A DNA stretch of 56,667 nt from an uncultured Planctomycetales bacterium (GCA_964554185.1 CAZKNJ010000011.1:1-56667); one strand, 5' to 3'. Counted from the first letter of the stretch, positions 27,411 to 39,284 are shown. Translations and numbers: made by a program. The notes: generated from the sequence alone by a model not told the origin.

Positions 27411-29323
27411 TGCGCACCTTCTTGCGGCAGCTCCAGGCTGGATTGGGGCGAGGCGGGTGACAGGGAATCGCCGCTGCTCATTTCGCGCTCATGGTCGAAG
27501 TCGCTCATCATCTGCTTGAGTTCTTCGCCGCTCAGAGTCTCGCGTTCCACCAGCACCTCGCTGATGCGCGTGAGTATCTCGCGGTCATTGCTGATTGTTT
27601 TCTTGGCGCGCTCAAAGCACTCATCGATAATGCGCTTGACCTCGGCGTCAATGCGGGCGGCTACGTCCTCGGAGTAGTTACGGCTCTCCGCCAGCGCTTT
27701 GCCGAGGAAGATGTTCTCGTGCTTGGTGCCGAAGGTCAGCGGCCCCAGCTCTTCGCTCATTCCGTATCGCATTACCATCTCACGCGCCATGTCGGTTGAG
27801 CGCTCCAGGTCGTTCGCCGCGCCGGTGGTCACCTCATTGAACGCAAGCTGCTCCGCGGCGCGCCCGCCAAGCAGCACTGCCAGCCGATTAAGTAGCTGCT
27901 GGCGCGAATGCAGAAATGTGTCTTCCTCCGGGAACTGGAGCGTATAGCCGAGCGCCAAGCCGCGCGGCAGTACGGATACCTTGTGCACCGGATCGCTGCC
28001 CGGTAGCCGATACGCGACAATTGCATGCCCCAGCTCGTGGTGGGCGATGACCTTCTTTTCACGGTCGGAGATAACGCGGCTGCGCCGCTCTGGGCCAGCC
28101 ACGACACGCTCAATGGCCTCATCCAGCTCGCTCATCGTGATCTGCTCCAGGCCGCGCCGGGCGGTAAGGAGTGCCGCTTCATTGGCCACATTGCGCAGGT
28201 CCGCGCCAGTGAAGCCGGAGGTGCGCTGGGCAAGCCGCTTTAGGTCCACTTCGCCGCTAATGGGCTTGTTCTTCAAGTGTATCTTCAGGATGCCTTCGCG
28301 CCCGTTGACATCGGGGTTGTCCACCACCACGCGCCGGTCAAATCTGCCGGGGCGAAGCAGCGCGGGATCCAGTATGTCGGGCCGGTTGGTCGCCGCCAGC
28401 ACGATGACGCCGGAGTTAGGTTCAAACCCGTCCATCTCCACCAGAAGTTGGTTGAGCGTCTGCTCCCGCTCGTCGTGCCCGCCGCCAATGCCGCTGCCGC
28501 GGTGGCGACCGACAGCGTCAAGCTCGTCAATGAAAATGAGGCAAGGGGCGCGGCGCTTGGCTTGGTCAAACAGGTCGCGCACGCGCGCGGCGCCGACACC
28601 GACGAACATCTCCACGAAATCGCTTCCGCTAATAAAGAAGAACGGGACTTCCGCCTCACCCGCAATCGCCTTCGCCAGCAAAGTCTTGCCGCAGCCGGGC
28701 GGGCCGAGCAGGACTACTCCCTTGGGAATCTCCGCGCCCAGACGGCGGTACTTGCCGGGCTCCTTGAGGAAGTCCACAACCTCTTCCAGCTCATCAACGA
28801 CTTCGTCCAGACCCGCCACGTCTTTGAAGGTGACGCGAGCGCGCTCAGGATTCATCATCCGGGCGCGGGACTTGCCGAAGGTGAAGGCCTGGGATTGGCC
28901 GCCGGACTGCATCTGGCGCGAGAAAATGAACCAGATGAGACCTATAGGGAGCAGTAGAATGAGAATCCAGATGATGAGGGTGGGATCCAGCAGTGCCGCC
29001 AGCCCTGAAGGCGTGACGAACTCGACCCGCGTACCCTTTTCCCTGGCCAGCTCCAGCAGCACCGGATACTCAGGGGGCAGGTTTGCCCTGAACCTGCCGG
29101 CAACCTCCCGGCCCTCGGAATCCGTGGTCGGCACAAACTCGCCCTCAGCATTCTCGCTGGCGCGATTAATCTTGATGCTTGCTACCTGACCGGCTTCTAT
29201 TTTGGCCAGCAGCTCGGAGTAGGCGAGCTTTTCCACCCCTGTCTGGGTCATGACGGAGTAGAGACTCCAGGCCATTACGCCGAACAGGATGAGAAGCGCG
29301 ATTTGGACAAAACGACTGCTCAT
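27407..29323 (-). CDS. ftsH: ATP-dependent zinc metalloprotease FtsH
   Basis: Two TM segments, GPPGCGKT Walker A, SRH, HELGH zinc motif. Confidence 0.97.
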   Translation of the reverse strand: MSSRFVQIALLILFGVMAWSLYSVMTQTGVEKLAYSELLAKIEAGQVASIKINRASENAEGEFVPTTDSEGREVAGRFRANLPPEYPVLLELAREKGTRVEFVTPSGLAALLDPTLIIWILILLLPIGLIWFIFSRQMQSGGQSQAFTFGKSRARMMNPERARVTFKDVAGLDEVVDELEEVVDFLKEPGKYRRLGAEIPKGVVLLGPPGCGKTLLAKAIAGEAEVPFFFISGSDFVEMFVGVGAARVRDLFDQAKRRAPCLIFIDELDAVGRHRGSGIGGGHDEREQTLNQLLVEMDGFEPNSGVIVLAATNRPDILDPALLRPGRFDRRVVVDNPDVNGREGILKIHLKNKPISGEVDLKRLAQRTSGFTGADLRNVANEAALLTARRGLEQITMSELDEAIERVVAGPERRSRVISDREKKVIAHHELGHAIVAYRLPGSDPVHKVSVLPRGLALGYTLQFPEEDTFLHSRQQLLNRLAVLLGGRAAEQLAFNEVTTGAANDLERSTDMAREMVMRYGMSEELGPLTFGTKHENIFLGKALAESRNYSEDVAARIDAEVKRIIDECFERAKKTISNDREILTRISEVLVERETLSGEELKQMMSDFDHEREMSSGDSLSPASPQSSLELPQEGAQ

Positions 29324-29403
29324 CAGATGCGCGCAACCGGCTCACACGCCGGGCGCAAACTTAAATCATATCACAGCTAAGGCGCTGCCTTGCAGCCAAG
29401 GGC

Positions 29404-30702
29404 TTACCGACCGGGCGTGAACTCGCTGGTGTCCAGCTCGTCGAGAATGACACTTACTTTCTTCATATTGGACTTGAGGCCTTTGCGGGCAACGAGCACG
29501 GTGACCTTCACGCCGATATCGTACTTCTGAATCTCGGTGATGAGGTCATCAGCGCCGTTGATCTTCACTCCCTCGATTTCCAGGACCACGTCTCCCGGCT
29601 GGATACCGGCCTTGTCCGCAGCACCGCCGGCATTCACCTGCCGAACGTATGCGCCGTGGTCGACCTCAACCTTGAGCTCCTCCATGTAGTCTTTGGTCAC
29701 GTCCTGCACGTACACGCCGATGCCGGGATAGGCGACTTTGCCACGCTTGATGATCTGGTCAATGCTGCCTTTGACCTCGTTGATGGGAATAGCGAAGCCA
29801 ATCCCGCGGCCGTAGGGCAGAATAGCCTGGTTTACGCCAATCACCTCGCCCTTTGCGTTAAGTAGCGGTCCGCCGGAGTTGCCCTGGTTGATTGAGGCAT
29901 CGGTCTGGATGAGCGTGCGCACGCGCCGCACATCCGAAGGCATGCTGAGCTCGCTTGGGTCGCGCGCCGTGGTGGATACGATTCCTTCAGTGACCGTCGC
30001 CTCCAGGCCGAAAGGAGACCCGATGGCGATTGCCGGTTCGCCGATGCGTACTTTGTCGGAATCACCTAGTACAGCCGTCGGCAGGTTCTTGGCCGAGATC
30101 TTCAAGACGGCTATATCCTTCAGATTGTCCGTCCCTACTAGTTTGGCATCGTACTCCGTACCGTCATTGAGCATGACGGTGAATCCCTCCATCTTGTCAA
30201 CTACGTGTGCATTGGTAACTAAGTAACCGTCCGGGGAGACGATGAAGCCGCTGCCTACACCTTCTTGAGGAATCTGACCATAGTCCTGCGGCGTGTCCGG
30301 CACCTGGAAATCAAACCAGGGGAATTGCTGGTGGAAGCGTTTCCAGATGTCGCTCTGGTTATTGCTGTCGTTATTGCCCCCGTTGTTAGGAAGCTCCTTG
30401 AAGGGTCCACCGCCCGGGGATTCCTCCCCGCTCTTCTGAGGAATCGTTCGTGTGCGCACATGCACAACAAACGGCAGCGCCTTCTCCACAAGGTTGGCTA
30501 CCCAGTAGATATTATCAGGGGTCTCTACCTCCAGTTGCGATGGACTGGTCTTGAGCGCCGCGCTCTGGGCGAAGTTGGGAGGGGTGCCAGTGACCCGCTG
30601 CACCTTGGTCAGCGCAGCCAGAGTGAAAAGGAGCAAGACCACAATCACCGCCATCAGCGCGATGGAGACATACTTCCAGACAGCTTCATTACGATTATTC
30701 AT
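29404..30702 (-). CDS. htrA: HtrA/DegP serine protease with PDZ domain
   Basis: TNAHVV, DIAVLK, QTDASINQGNSGGPL; one PDZ domain. Confidence 0.93.
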   Translation of the reverse strand: MNNRNEAVWKYVSIALMAVIVVLLLFTLAALTKVQRVTGTPPNFAQSAALKTSPSQLEVETPDNIYWVANLVEKALPFVVHVRTRTIPQKSGEESPGGGPFKELPNNGGNNDSNNQSDIWKRFHQQFPWFDFQVPDTPQDYGQIPQEGVGSGFIVSPDGYLVTNAHVVDKMEGFTVMLNDGTEYDAKLVGTDNLKDIAVLKISAKNLPTAVLGDSDKVRIGEPAIAIGSPFGLEATVTEGIVSTTARDPSELSMPSDVRRVRTLIQTDASINQGNSGGPLLNAKGEVIGVNQAILPYGRGIGFAIPINEVKGSIDQIIKRGKVAYPGIGVYVQDVTKDYMEELKVEVDHGAYVRQVNAGGAADKAGIQPGDVVLEIEGVKINGADDLITEIQKYDIGVKVTVLVARKGLKSNMKKVSVILDELDTSEFTPGR

Positions 30703-30921
30703 ATACTTTCAACCTCCAAGGCCGACGGATACCGCCATCGCCCAAGCGCATCCGCAGTTGAGCGATTCTACTGCAAGCACCGCCACTGGTAAATGATGCG
30801 AAACAGCTGGGATTGTTCAATCGCCATGGATTCTTCATGTTCACACCTCAACCGTGCAATAATCCCGAAATGCCAGGGTAAATATCTTAGTCGCATCGCA
30901 TAATATTATATGATGCATGGC

Positions 30922-30950
30922 TTGACAAGTTGGCGTGTCCACGCTATAAT
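30922..30950 (+). promoter_or_regulatory. Perfect sigma70 promoter of the dnaK operon
   Basis: TTGACA-N17-TATAAT. Confidence 0.9.
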
Positions 30951-30984
30951 GTCAGCGTGAAAACTCAATCTGAGGTTCTGATCA

Positions 30985-32832
30985 ATGGCTAAAGTTATCG
31001 GAATTGACCTTGGTACAACCAACTCGTGCATGGCGGTGATGGAGGCCGGCGAGGCCAAGATCATCACCAACTCCGAGGGCGGACGCACCACACCTTCGGT
31101 AGTGCACATTTCCAAGGATAGCGAGCGCGTTGTGGGTGTTGCCGCCAAGCGGCAGTTGGTCGTTCACCCGGAGAGAACCATCGCGTCCATCAAGCGCCGC
31201 ATGGGTACGGATTACATAGTCAAGATTGACGACAAGGAATACACCCCCCAGGAAGTGTCGGCGATGATTCTTGCGAAACTCAAGCGCGACGCCGAGTCCT
31301 ACCTGGGTGAGAAGATAACCCAGGCCGTCATCACCGTGCCGGCGTACTTCGAGGACGCGCAGAAGCGCGCTACCCGTGACGCCGGCATGATTGCCGGCCT
31401 GGAAGTGCTGCGCATCATCAATGAGCCTACCGCCGCGGCCCTGGCCTACGGGCTGGACAAGAGCGACAAGGAGCAGACCGTAATGGTCTACGACCTGGGC
31501 GGCGGCACCTTTGACGTCTCCATTCTGGAAATTGGTGAAGGCGTGTTTGAGGTCAAGGCGACCAGCGGCAACAACCGCCTGGGCGGCGATGACTTCGACC
31601 AGCGGGTGGCCGAGTGGCTCGCGGACGGCTTCCAGCAGGAGCAGGGGATTGACCTGCGCAAGGACCCGAAGGCAATGCAGCGCTTGATTGAAGGCGCCGA
31701 GAAGGCGAAGGTGGAGTTGTCCAGCTCGTCAAGCACCACCATCAGCCTGCCGTTCATCACCGCTGACGCTAGCGGCCCCAAGCATCTGGACGCAACGCTG
31801 TCACGCAGCAAGTTTGAGGAGCTGATTGACGACCTGTTGGAGAAGACCGTCGGCCCGGTCAAACAGGCGATGTCGGATGCCGGGGTTACTTCCGAGACCA
31901 TTGGCCAGGTGTTGCTGGTGGGCGGCTCCACCCGCATCCCTGCAGTGCAGGAACTGGTGCACAAACTGACCGGCAAGGAGCCGAACAAAAGTGTGAACCC
32001 CGATGAGGTCGTGGCCATAGGCGCGGCCATTCAAGCCGCGGTACTCAAGGGCGAGGTAAAAGACATCCTGCTGTTGGACGTCACCCCGCTCTCGCTCGGT
32101 ATTGAGACGCTGGGCGGCGTGTTTACCAAGATGATCCCGCGCAACACGACCATTCCCACGCGCAAGTCAGAGGTCTTCACCACCGCAGCGGACAACCAGA
32201 CGCAGGTGGAGATTCATGTGCTACAGGGCGAGCGCGAGATGGCCTCGTACAACAAGAGCCTTGGCCGCTTCCACCTAGTAGGCCTTCCCACCGCTCCGCG
32301 CGGTATCCCGCAGATTGAAGTTACCTTTGACATTGACGCCAACGGCATTGTGAATGTCAGCGCGAAGGACCTCGCCACCAACAAGGAGCAGAAGATCACG
32401 ATTACCGGCTCAACCAACTTGGGCGAGGACGACATCAGACGGATGGTCGACGAAGCAGACGGACATGCAACGGAGGACCGCAAGCGCCGGGAGGAGATTG
32501 ACGCACTCAACCGCGCCGACAGCCTGGTGTACCAAACTGAGAAGACGCTGCGCGAGCACGGCGACAAGATCCCCGACTCCGACCGCACGGCAACGGAAAG
32601 GGCGTTGGAGGACTTGAAGAAGACGATTGAGGCCAAGGACATCAACGATGTGAAGGCTAAGAGCGATATTCTGCTTCAGGCCAGCTACCGCCTGGCGGAG
32701 CACATGTACCAGGACACCGGGGCCAGCCAGCAGCAAGCCGCGCCCGGGCCGTCCGAACCACAGGCTGAGCCCTCTGGAGAAGAGAGCGGCGGCGAGGATG
32801 TGGTTGACGCCGACTACAAGGAGGTTGAATAA
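30985..32832 (+). CDS. dnaK: Chaperone DnaK
   Basis: [21 protein letters not shown] and [11 protein letters not shown] motifs. Confidence 0.98.
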   Translation: MAKVIGIDLGTTNSCMAVMEAGEAKIITNSEGGRTTPSVVHISKDSERVVGVAAKRQLVVHPERTIASIKRRMGTDYIVKIDDKEYTPQEVSAMILAKLKRDAESYLGEKITQAVITVPAYFEDAQKRATRDAGMIAGLEVLRIINEPTAAALAYGLDKSDKEQTVMVYDLGGGTFDVSILEIGEGVFEVKATSGNNRLGGDDFDQRVAEWLADGFQQEQGIDLRKDPKAMQRLIEGAEKAKVELSSSSSTTISLPFITADASGPKHLDATLSRSKFEELIDDLLEKTVGPVKQAMSDAGVTSETIGQVLLVGGSTRIPAVQELVHKLTGKEPNKSVNPDEVVAIGAAIQAAVLKGEVKDILLLDVTPLSLGIETLGGVFTKMIPRNTTIPTRKSEVFTTAADNQTQVEIHVLQGEREMASYNKSLGRFHLVGLPTAPRGIPQIEVTFDIDANGIVNVSAKDLATNKEQKITITGSTNLGEDDIRRMVDEADGHATEDRKRREEIDALNRADSLVYQTEKTLREHGDKIPDSDRTATERALEDLKKTIEAKDINDVKAKSDILLQASYRLAEHMYQDTGASQQQAAPGPSEPQAEPSGEESGGEDVVDADYKEVE

Positions 32833-32868
32833 GCAATACATGCATCAGTGCCTAAAAAGGTGTGAAAT

Positions 32869-33054
32869 ATGGTGCAGCTAACCAGGTATAGCTCCTCCCA
32901 TTTCGTGGAGAACAGCTATGGCCGCTTCTACCGCGTCTTCACTCTGCCCGGAACCGTTAACGCCAAGATAGGCGCGGTTTACAAAGACGGCGTGCGCGAA
33001 GTCGTTCTTCCCAAGAAGGAAGAGGTTAAGCCAAGGAGGGTCGCTATCAAGTAG
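32869..33054 (+). pseudogene. C-terminal remnant of an Hsp20 (alpha-crystallin) gene
   Basis: SYGRFYRVFTLP...IGAVYKDGVREVVLPK matches only the last ~50 aa of Hsp20, with ER->EN and GVL->GVR changes. Confidence 0.7.
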
Positions 33055-33103
33055 TGGTCTTTGAGGGGCCGGGCGTCTGCCCGGGCCCAAACCCCACCCC
33101 GCC

Positions 33104-33724
33104 ATGGCAAAAGACAAGAAGAAAAACGATATGCCGCTTGAAGAGGCTGAACCTGAGGAGCAGGTCGAGACCCCTCAGCCGGAGCCTGTCGAGGAACCAG
33201 CTTGCGAAGATGCTCAAGCGGAGCTTGAGCGTGCTCAGCGCGACGCGGCGGAGAATCTTGAGCTGGCCCAACGCTTGCAGGCCGAACTCATCAACTATCG
33301 CAAGCGCGTCGAGCGAGAGCGCGAGGAATCGCGGAAGTATGCAGTTGAGAGCCTGGTGGTAAGGCTCATCCCGGTGCTTGACAGCCTGGAGCAGGCTGCG
33401 CAGATGTACGCAGACACTCCCGACAGCGCCAATCCACTGCTGGACGGGGTGCGGAGAACCAGAGACCTTATGGCGAGAGTGCTGGGCGAGCACGGTGTTG
33501 ACCTCATTACCCAGGCAGGAGTTTTGTTCGATCCCAACCTGCATATGCCCTTGAGAACGCTGGAATCGGATGAGGTGGAGAGTGACACTGTCGATAGCAT
33601 CTACCAGCCGGGAATCAGGATGGGCGACCGGGTCATTAGGCCCGCGACGGTCAGCCTGCTGATACCGAAGGCCTTACCCGCATCTGGTGAGAGTGAGGAT
33701 GAATCCGTGGAGGAGGTTGAGTAG
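33104..33724 (+). CDS. grpE: Nucleotide exchange factor GrpE
   Basis: AELINYRKR, FDPNLH and GDRVIRPATV motifs. Confidence 0.93.
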   Translation: MAKDKKKNDMPLEEAEPEEQVETPQPEPVEEPACEDAQAELERAQRDAAENLELAQRLQAELINYRKRVEREREESRKYAVESLVVRLIPVLDSLEQAAQMYADTPDSANPLLDGVRRTRDLMARVLGEHGVDLITQAGVLFDPNLHMPLRTLESDEVESDTVDSIYQPGIRMGDRVIRPATVSLLIPKALPASGESEDESVEEVE

Positions 33725-33727
33725 CAG

Positions 33728-34861
33728 TTGCAGGGAAAGGACCTCTACGAAGTGCTCGGGGTCAACCGGGACGCGACTGAAAAGGAAATAAAGGCGGCCT
33801 ACCGCCGGCTGGCTCGTAAACACCACCCTGACGTCAATCCCGGCAGCCCTGACGCCGAGCAAAGGTTCAAGGAACTCCAGGCGGCTTACAGCGTACTGGG
33901 CGATCCGGATAAGCGCAAGCAATACGACCGCCACGGAAATGAGTTCTTCTCGCCCCGCGGCCCGTCCAAAGGGCCCGGGGTTGAGTGGGAGGAATTCGTG
34001 CGCGGCTTTGGCCAGCGCGGCACGAGGGTTAACTTCGGCGGCATTGACTTCGATGTGTTCACTGATGTGTTTGACACCGGCGGCGCCAAACCGCCGCGCG
34101 CGGAGCGGCGCCCGATTCGCGGCCGAGACGTTTACCAGTCGGTGACCGTGGATTTTCTTGAGGCTGCCAGAGGTACCACCGTCACGCTGTCTCTTCAGCG
34201 CGAAGTCCACTGTGATCGTTGTGGTGGCAATGGCGCCGAGCCAGGGTCCGGCATGTCCACCTGCCCCTCTTGCAGCGGCTCTGGCGATGTAACGCGAGGC
34301 GCTTTCGTCTTCTCGCAGAAGGTCGCCTGCCCCCAGTGCAGCGGGAAGGGCCAAGTGGCCGACAAGACCTGCATGCGGTGCCGCGGCAGCGGGCGCATGC
34401 CCAAGCAGGAGAAGATAGAGGTGAGAATCCCTGCCGGCGTGGACACCGGCAGCAAGGTGAGAGTGCCTGGCAAGGGGCTACCAGGGACGAACAGCGGGCC
34501 CTACGGTGATTTGCTGCTGAACATCTCGGTTCGCCCCCACCCTTACTTCCGGCGCGAGGCCTCAAATGTGCACGTTGAGGTGCCGGTAACGGTGACGGAA
34601 GCGGTGCTGGGAGCTGAGATTGAGATACCAACGTTGGACAAACGCGTGAGAATGAAGATCCCTCCGGGCACCGATTCGGGCCAAGAGTTCCGGCTACGTG
34701 GCAAGGGCTTCCCGCATCTCTCGCACCACGGCAGCGGCGACCTGCTGGCGAGAATCGAGATCGTCACCCCTAGCAAGGTCGACGTTAAGGGGCGTGAGCT
34801 CATGCGCGAGTTCGCCAGCGAATACCCGCAGAATCCCCGACTGAAGATGTTCGGGTTCTAA
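33728..34861 (+). CDS. dnaJ: Chaperone DnaJ
   Basis: J-domain HPD; four CxxCxGxG zinc-finger repeats; TTG start. Confidence 0.95.
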   Translation: MQGKDLYEVLGVNRDATEKEIKAAYRRLARKHHPDVNPGSPDAEQRFKELQAAYSVLGDPDKRKQYDRHGNEFFSPRGPSKGPGVEWEEFVRGFGQRGTRVNFGGIDFDVFTDVFDTGGAKPPRAERRPIRGRDVYQSVTVDFLEAARGTTVTLSLQREVHCDRCGGNGAEPGSGMSTCPSCSGSGDVTRGAFVFSQKVACPQCSGKGQVADKTCMRCRGSGRMPKQEKIEVRIPAGVDTGSKVRVPGKGLPGTNSGPYGDLLLNISVRPHPYFRREASNVHVEVPVTVTEAVLGAEIEIPTLDKRVRMKIPPGTDSGQEFRLRGKGFPHLSHHGSGDLLARIEIVTPSKVDVKGRELMREFASEYPQNPRLKMFGF

Positions 34862-34863
34862 CG

Positions 34864-35298
34864 ATGAACGAGAAGGGGAAAAAGAAGCGTTCGGGCGAGC
34901 CGCTACTGACCATCAGCGCGGTGGCGGAGATGTTTGACCTTCACCAGCAAACTCTGCGCAAATACGAGGAGGAAGGCTTGATGACCCCGCGGCGGACGGC
35001 GGGAGGCACGCGGATGTTCGGCGTGGCTGAGGTCAAGCGCATCCGCACCATTGTGTCGCTATCGCGTGAGCTCGGCGTGAACATGGCGGGCGTGGCTATA
35101 GTGCTGGAGCAGCTTGACCGCATTGAGGAGATGAAGCGGCTGATGGAGCTGGTGCTGTCGCAACTGGATGATCCGCTGCGCCACCGCATAATCGCACTGC
35201 TTCAGGGAGTAGAGGAGGGGCTCGTGCCCACTAAGACGCCGGGCGGCGGGCTCATGCGCCAGCGAGGCGCCGTGAATGATCTGGGTGGTGAAGAGTGA
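34864..35298 (+). CDS. hspR: MerR-family heat-shock repressor (HspR-like)
   Basis: ISAVAE..DLHQQTLRKYE..GL..P.RT.GGTR..LGVNMAGV; position after dnaJ. Confidence 0.85.
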   Translation: MNEKGKKKRSGEPLLTISAVAEMFDLHQQTLRKYEEEGLMTPRRTAGGTRMFGVAEVKRIRTIVSLSRELGVNMAGVAIVLEQLDRIEEMKRLMELVLSQLDDPLRHRIIALLQGVEEGLVPTKTPGGGLMRQRGAVNDLGGEE

Positions 35299-37733
35299 TT
35301 CCGTTCGAGAAGTTTACCGACCGCGCGAAGGAAGTACTGGAAGCTGCCCAAGAAGTGCTGCTTGACAGCAAACAGGTGCAGCTTGACACCGAGCACGTGC
35401 TCTACGGCCTACTTGCAGTGGAGGATTCGCTGGCAGCGGAAGTTCTGAAACTCGCAGGCGCGGACCCAGACCGCGCGCTTGACAAGGTCAAGCGTGTGAT
35501 GCAGCAGCGCCCACAGGTGGAGACCCACGGCGGCGTGGGGCAGATATACATCACGCCCGAGACCGCGAGGCTGTTTGATGCGGCGTTTGACGAGGCCAAG
35601 CAGATGGGCGACGAGTTCATTGGCTCAGAGCACCTGCTGCTCGCGTTTTTTGAGCTGCGGGAGGGCGCGGGACACCGCCTGCTGGTATCACTGGGCCTGA
35701 CTAAAGAGAAGGTGTACGCCGCACTGAAGGAAATCCGCGGACACCGCAGAGTCGACTCGGCGCAGGCGGAAGAAACCTACCAATCGCTGAAACGATTTAC
35801 CATTGACCTTACGGAGAAGGCGCGGCAGGGGAAGATTGATCCGGTGATCGGCCGCGACCGCGAGACCAACCGCGTGATTGAGATACTTCTGCGCCGCCAG
35901 AAGAACAACCCGGTCCTCATCGGCGACCCCGGCGTGGGCAAGACTGCTGTGGTAGAGGGATTGGCGCTACGCATTGCGGAGAAGCGCGTGCCGGAGCCAC
36001 TGCTGGACAAGCGCGTGCTGCAGCTTGATATGGCGCGGCTAATCGCCGGCAGCAAGTTCCGTGGCGAGTTTGAGGATCGGCTGAAGGCGGTGCTGGACGA
36101 GGTTGAGAAGGGCAAGCGCAATGTGATTCTCTTCATTGACGAGATGCATACGGTGGTTGGTGCAGGCGCAGCAGAAGGCGCGATGGATGCGAGCAATATC
36201 CTCAAACCCGCTCTGGCGCGCGGCGACCTCCAAGCTGTCGGCGCCACCACCATTAATGAGTTTCGCAAGTATGTGGAGAAGGACCCCGCGTTAGAGCGGC
36301 GTTTCCAGCCGGTGATGATTGGCGAGCCCACCGTGGCTGAGACCATAGAGATTCTGCGCGGCATTAGGGAACGCTATGAGAAGCACCACGGGCTCACTAT
36401 CAGCGAAGAAGCGCTTCGGGCCGCGGCAACGCTATCGTCGCGTTACATCGCTGATCGCTTCCTACCCGATAAGGCGATAGACCTGATTGACGAAGGCGCG
36501 GCGAGGTGCCGCTTGCGCGCGCTTTCCGCAACCACGCAATTAAGCGAGCTCAAGAGCAAGCAAGAGGAAATTGAGCGCCAAGAGCGCGATGCTGCTGACG
36601 CTGAGAAATGGGAGGAAGCGGCTAAGTTGAAGCAGGAGCAGTTGGTGTTGCAGCAGCAGGTTGAGAACGAACGCCAGCGGTTACAGGGAACCGCCCACGA
36701 GGCCTACGTCACCGAAGAGGATATCGCTCAGATTGTGAGCGAATGGAGCGGCGTGCCGGTGTCGCGGATGACGCAAACCGAGGCCGAGCGGCTGCTGAAC
36801 ATGGAGCGCGAACTGGCGAAGAGCATCGTAGGTCAGGAGCAAGCGGTGCAGGCCGTCTCCGAAGTCATCAGGCGCGCGAAGAGCGGGCTGTCCGACCCCA
36901 ACCGACCGCTCGGCAGCTTCATCTTCCTGGGACCTACCGGCGTAGGCAAGACGGAACTGGTGAAGGTGCTAGCTGATTACCTGTTTGGCAGCCGCGAGAG
37001 CATCGTGCGCATTGACATGAGCGAATACATGGAGAAGTACAGCGTCTCGCGACTAATCGGTGCCCCACCAGGTTATGTGGGCTATGACGAAGGCGGGCAG
37101 CTTACCGAGCAGGTGCGCCGCCGTCCGTTCTCCATCGTGCTGCTGGACGAGATCGAAAAGGCGCACCCGGATGTGTACAACATCCTGCTGCAAGTGCTGG
37201 ATGATGGACGGCTCACTGACAACAAGGGCGTGACCGTCAACTTCCGCAATACGGTCATCATCATGACCAGCAACCTCGGAGGCGCAGAAATAGCCGCCAT
37301 GTCCGAAGGTAAGAGCTCCGACGAGCTGGAATCGCTGTATCCGCAGATGCACGATGCGGTGTTTGAGCAACTGAAGCAGACCTTACGCCCGGAGTTTCTC
37401 AACCGCATTGACGAGATTGTCGTTTTCCATTCGCTGAACCACGTGCAGGTGAAGCAAGTCGCCCGGCTCATACTCGGCGACCTGGAAAGCAGGCTGAAGG
37501 AGCGCGACATCGCCATTGCTTACAGCGACGCTGCGCTGGACGCACTGGCGGAGAGCGGATTCAGCGCGACATTCGGCGCTCGTCCTCTCCGGAGGGCTGT
37601 GCAACGGTTCATCGCCAATCCGCTCTCGGAGAAGCTGATTGTCGGTGAAATCACGGACGGCAGCAGCGTGAAGGTTGACTACCGCGATGGCGCGTTTTCC
37701 TTTGAGGTTGCGCGGGGAGTGGGTTCTGAGTAG
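35295..37733 (+). CDS. Hsp100/Clp ATPase with two NBDs and a short, ClpC-like middle domain
   Basis: GDPGVGKT and GPTGVGKT Walker A motifs; UVR-like segment [15 protein letters not shown]; 812 aa. Confidence 0.92.
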   Translation: MIPFEKFTDRAKEVLEAAQEVLLDSKQVQLDTEHVLYGLLAVEDSLAAEVLKLAGADPDRALDKVKRVMQQRPQVETHGGVGQIYITPETARLFDAAFDEAKQMGDEFIGSEHLLLAFFELREGAGHRLLVSLGLTKEKVYAALKEIRGHRRVDSAQAEETYQSLKRFTIDLTEKARQGKIDPVIGRDRETNRVIEILLRRQKNNPVLIGDPGVGKTAVVEGLALRIAEKRVPEPLLDKRVLQLDMARLIAGSKFRGEFEDRLKAVLDEVEKGKRNVILFIDEMHTVVGAGAAEGAMDASNILKPALARGDLQAVGATTINEFRKYVEKDPALERRFQPVMIGEPTVAETIEILRGIRERYEKHHGLTISEEALRAAATLSSRYIADRFLPDKAIDLIDEGAARCRLRALSATTQLSELKSKQEEIERQERDAADAEKWEEAAKLKQEQLVLQQQVENERQRLQGTAHEAYVTEEDIAQIVSEWSGVPVSRMTQTEAERLLNMERELAKSIVGQEQAVQAVSEVIRRAKSGLSDPNRPLGSFIFLGPTGVGKTELVKVLADYLFGSRESIVRIDMSEYMEKYSVSRLIGAPPGYVGYDEGGQLTEQVRRRPFSIVLLDEIEKAHPDVYNILLQVLDDGRLTDNKGVTVNFRNTVIIMTSNLGGAEIAAMSEGKSSDELESLYPQMHDAVFEQLKQTLRPEFLNRIDEIVVFHSLNHVQVKQVARLILGDLESRLKERDIAIAYSDAALDALAESGFSATFGARPLRRAVQRFIANPLSEKLIVGEITDGSSVKVDYRDGAFSFEVARGVGSE

Positions 37734-37766
37734 AATGTCCCGCCCTGAACGGGCAAGGTGTACAAC

Positions 37767-38036
37767 ATGCCACTATACGAATACAGGTGTGCCAAGTGCG
37801 ATTGTGTTTTTGAGGAATTCGCGGGTTTCTCCGCGAACGGCAGCCGCAAGTGCCCCGAGTGCGGGGGCGTCGCCAAGCGGCTGATTTCCGCGCCGCAAGT
37901 GGTGTTTCACGGCAGTGGCTTTTACCGCACCGATAGCGCCAATGCCAGCTCCGCTTCCACCAACGGAAGCTCCTCCAGCACGGGCAGCGAGAGCAAGCCC
38001 GCTCCTAAGCCAGCCAAGCCCAAGACCAGCGAGTAG
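37767..38036 (+). CDS. FmdB-family zinc-ribbon protein
   Basis: MPLYEYRCAKC...CPECG...FHGSGFYRTD with an S/P-rich tail. Confidence 0.9.
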   Translation: MPLYEYRCAKCDCVFEEFAGFSANGSRKCPECGGVAKRLISAPQVVFHGSGFYRTDSANASSASTNGSSSSTGSESKPAPKPAKPKTSE

Positions 38037-38070
38037 CACTATAGAGCCATCACAGGTACAATCTCCCGGG

Positions 38071-38751
38071 ATGAGGCTACTTACCACCACGCTGACACTT
38101 GCCATGTTGGCCATCTTGCTTATTTCGCTTGCTTCGGCGCAGACCACCGAGAAAGTGTCGGTGAAGGTTGTACGCCTTGCCGGTGAGGTGAACGTTCTGC
38201 GCGGAGGGAACGACGAACCGGAGAAGGCTGAATTGGGCTGCCTACTATATGCAGGCGACACGCTCAAGGTCGCTAAGGACGCGAAAGCTCAGTTGTTCTT
38301 CCCCCCCGACACGCTCGTGCTGCTCAAAGAGAACTCTGTGCTCAAGCTAAGTGAGTTGCAGCCTGACGGTCGCAGCGGCGTGGGGCTAACCGCCGGCTCG
38401 CTGGTCGCCAATCTGCAGAAAGCGCTTTCGCCAGGAGCCACTTTTGAGGTGGAGACCCCGAATGCGCTGGCAATAGTGCGCGGTACGGTCTTTGAGGTCG
38501 AGATACAGGGAGAAGAAAAGCCGACTACCAACTTCTATGGATATGAAGGCGAAGTTGAGGTGCACTTCGGCGAGAAAATACTCATGCTCGGGCCGCAGGT
38601 GATGCTGGAGTTGGCGGTTGGCCAGGCTCCTATCATCGGGGAGCATGCGCGCGAACTCAGCGAGATTCTGCGAATGTTTGACGCCGAGTACTGGGAAGAG
38701 CGCGCCAAGGACGAAGTCAAGAACAAGATCAGATCGCGCCTGCCGTTCTAG
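38071..38751 (+). CDS. Exported FecR-domain protein
   Basis: Signal peptide; GDTLKV, GSLVA and FEVETPNALAIVRGTVFEV motifs. Confidence 0.8.
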   Translation: MRLLTTTLTLAMLAILLISLASAQTTEKVSVKVVRLAGEVNVLRGGNDEPEKAELGCLLYAGDTLKVAKDAKAQLFFPPDTLVLLKENSVLKLSELQPDGRSGVGLTAGSLVANLQKALSPGATFEVETPNALAIVRGTVFEVEIQGEEKPTTNFYGYEGEVEVHFGEKILMLGPQVMLELAVGQAPIIGEHARELSEILRMFDAEYWEERAKDEVKNKIRSRLPF

Positions 38752-39173
38752 CCGGATTCTTGAAGCTTCACACCCTCGCGCTCTAGTAGCGCGGCAATGC
38801 GCTGGCGCAGTAGCTCCGCCACTCGGGAATAGGTTTCCTCGTCCTCGTCAAACGGATCGGGGATGTCCCATTCCTCCCAACGAAAGCGCAGCTCCGGGCC
38901 CAGCACCCGGCGGACCGGAAAATCGGCGTCTAGGCTGACAACGACATCAACGTCGCCCAGGTCAACCGAATGGAGCGGCTTGGAGGCCAGCCCATCCGCG
39001 TTGATTCCCAGCTTCTGCAGCAAGGAGAGGACTTCTGGCGAGACCGAGCCTAGCGGCGCTACGCCGGCGCTCGACGCTTTGACGGAATCCCCTCCAAGAT
39101 GGCGACAGATAGCTTCTGCCAGCGGTGAGCGGCAGGAGTTGCCGATGCAGTAGAACAAGATGCACAGTGGCAT
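38748..39173 (-). CDS. Low-molecular-weight protein phosphatase / ArsC-family protein
   Basis: CIGNSCRS P-loop, WDIPDPF; lacks the two resolving Cys of Trx-coupled ArsC. Confidence 0.85.
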   Translation of the reverse strand: MPLCILFYCIGNSCRSPLAEAICRHLGGDSVKASSAGVAPLGSVSPEVLSLLQKLGINADGLASKPLHSVDLGDVDVVVSLDADFPVRRVLGPELRFRWEEWDIPDPFDEDEETYSRVAELLRQRIAALLEREGVKLQESG

Positions 39174-39284
39174 GTCCACAGGCTACCATTGTTGCATGTG
39201 TCCGCTGCGAACACCAATTACCGCCGCAGTGAGAACCTGTGTAGAGCTGCGATAATATTGGGGGCTATGTGATAGAATCTGTTT

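Noticed and set aside
27981-29189. Long antisense ORFs opposite ftsH, dnaK, clp, cytochrome and others
   Set aside because: Expected in GC-rich DNA opposite highly biased genes; the translations are low-information with no motifs.
30940-30984. Canonical HAIR or CIRCE operator
   Set aside because: Only a half-site (ACTCAAT) is present; the required partner half at N7 or N9 spacing does not match.
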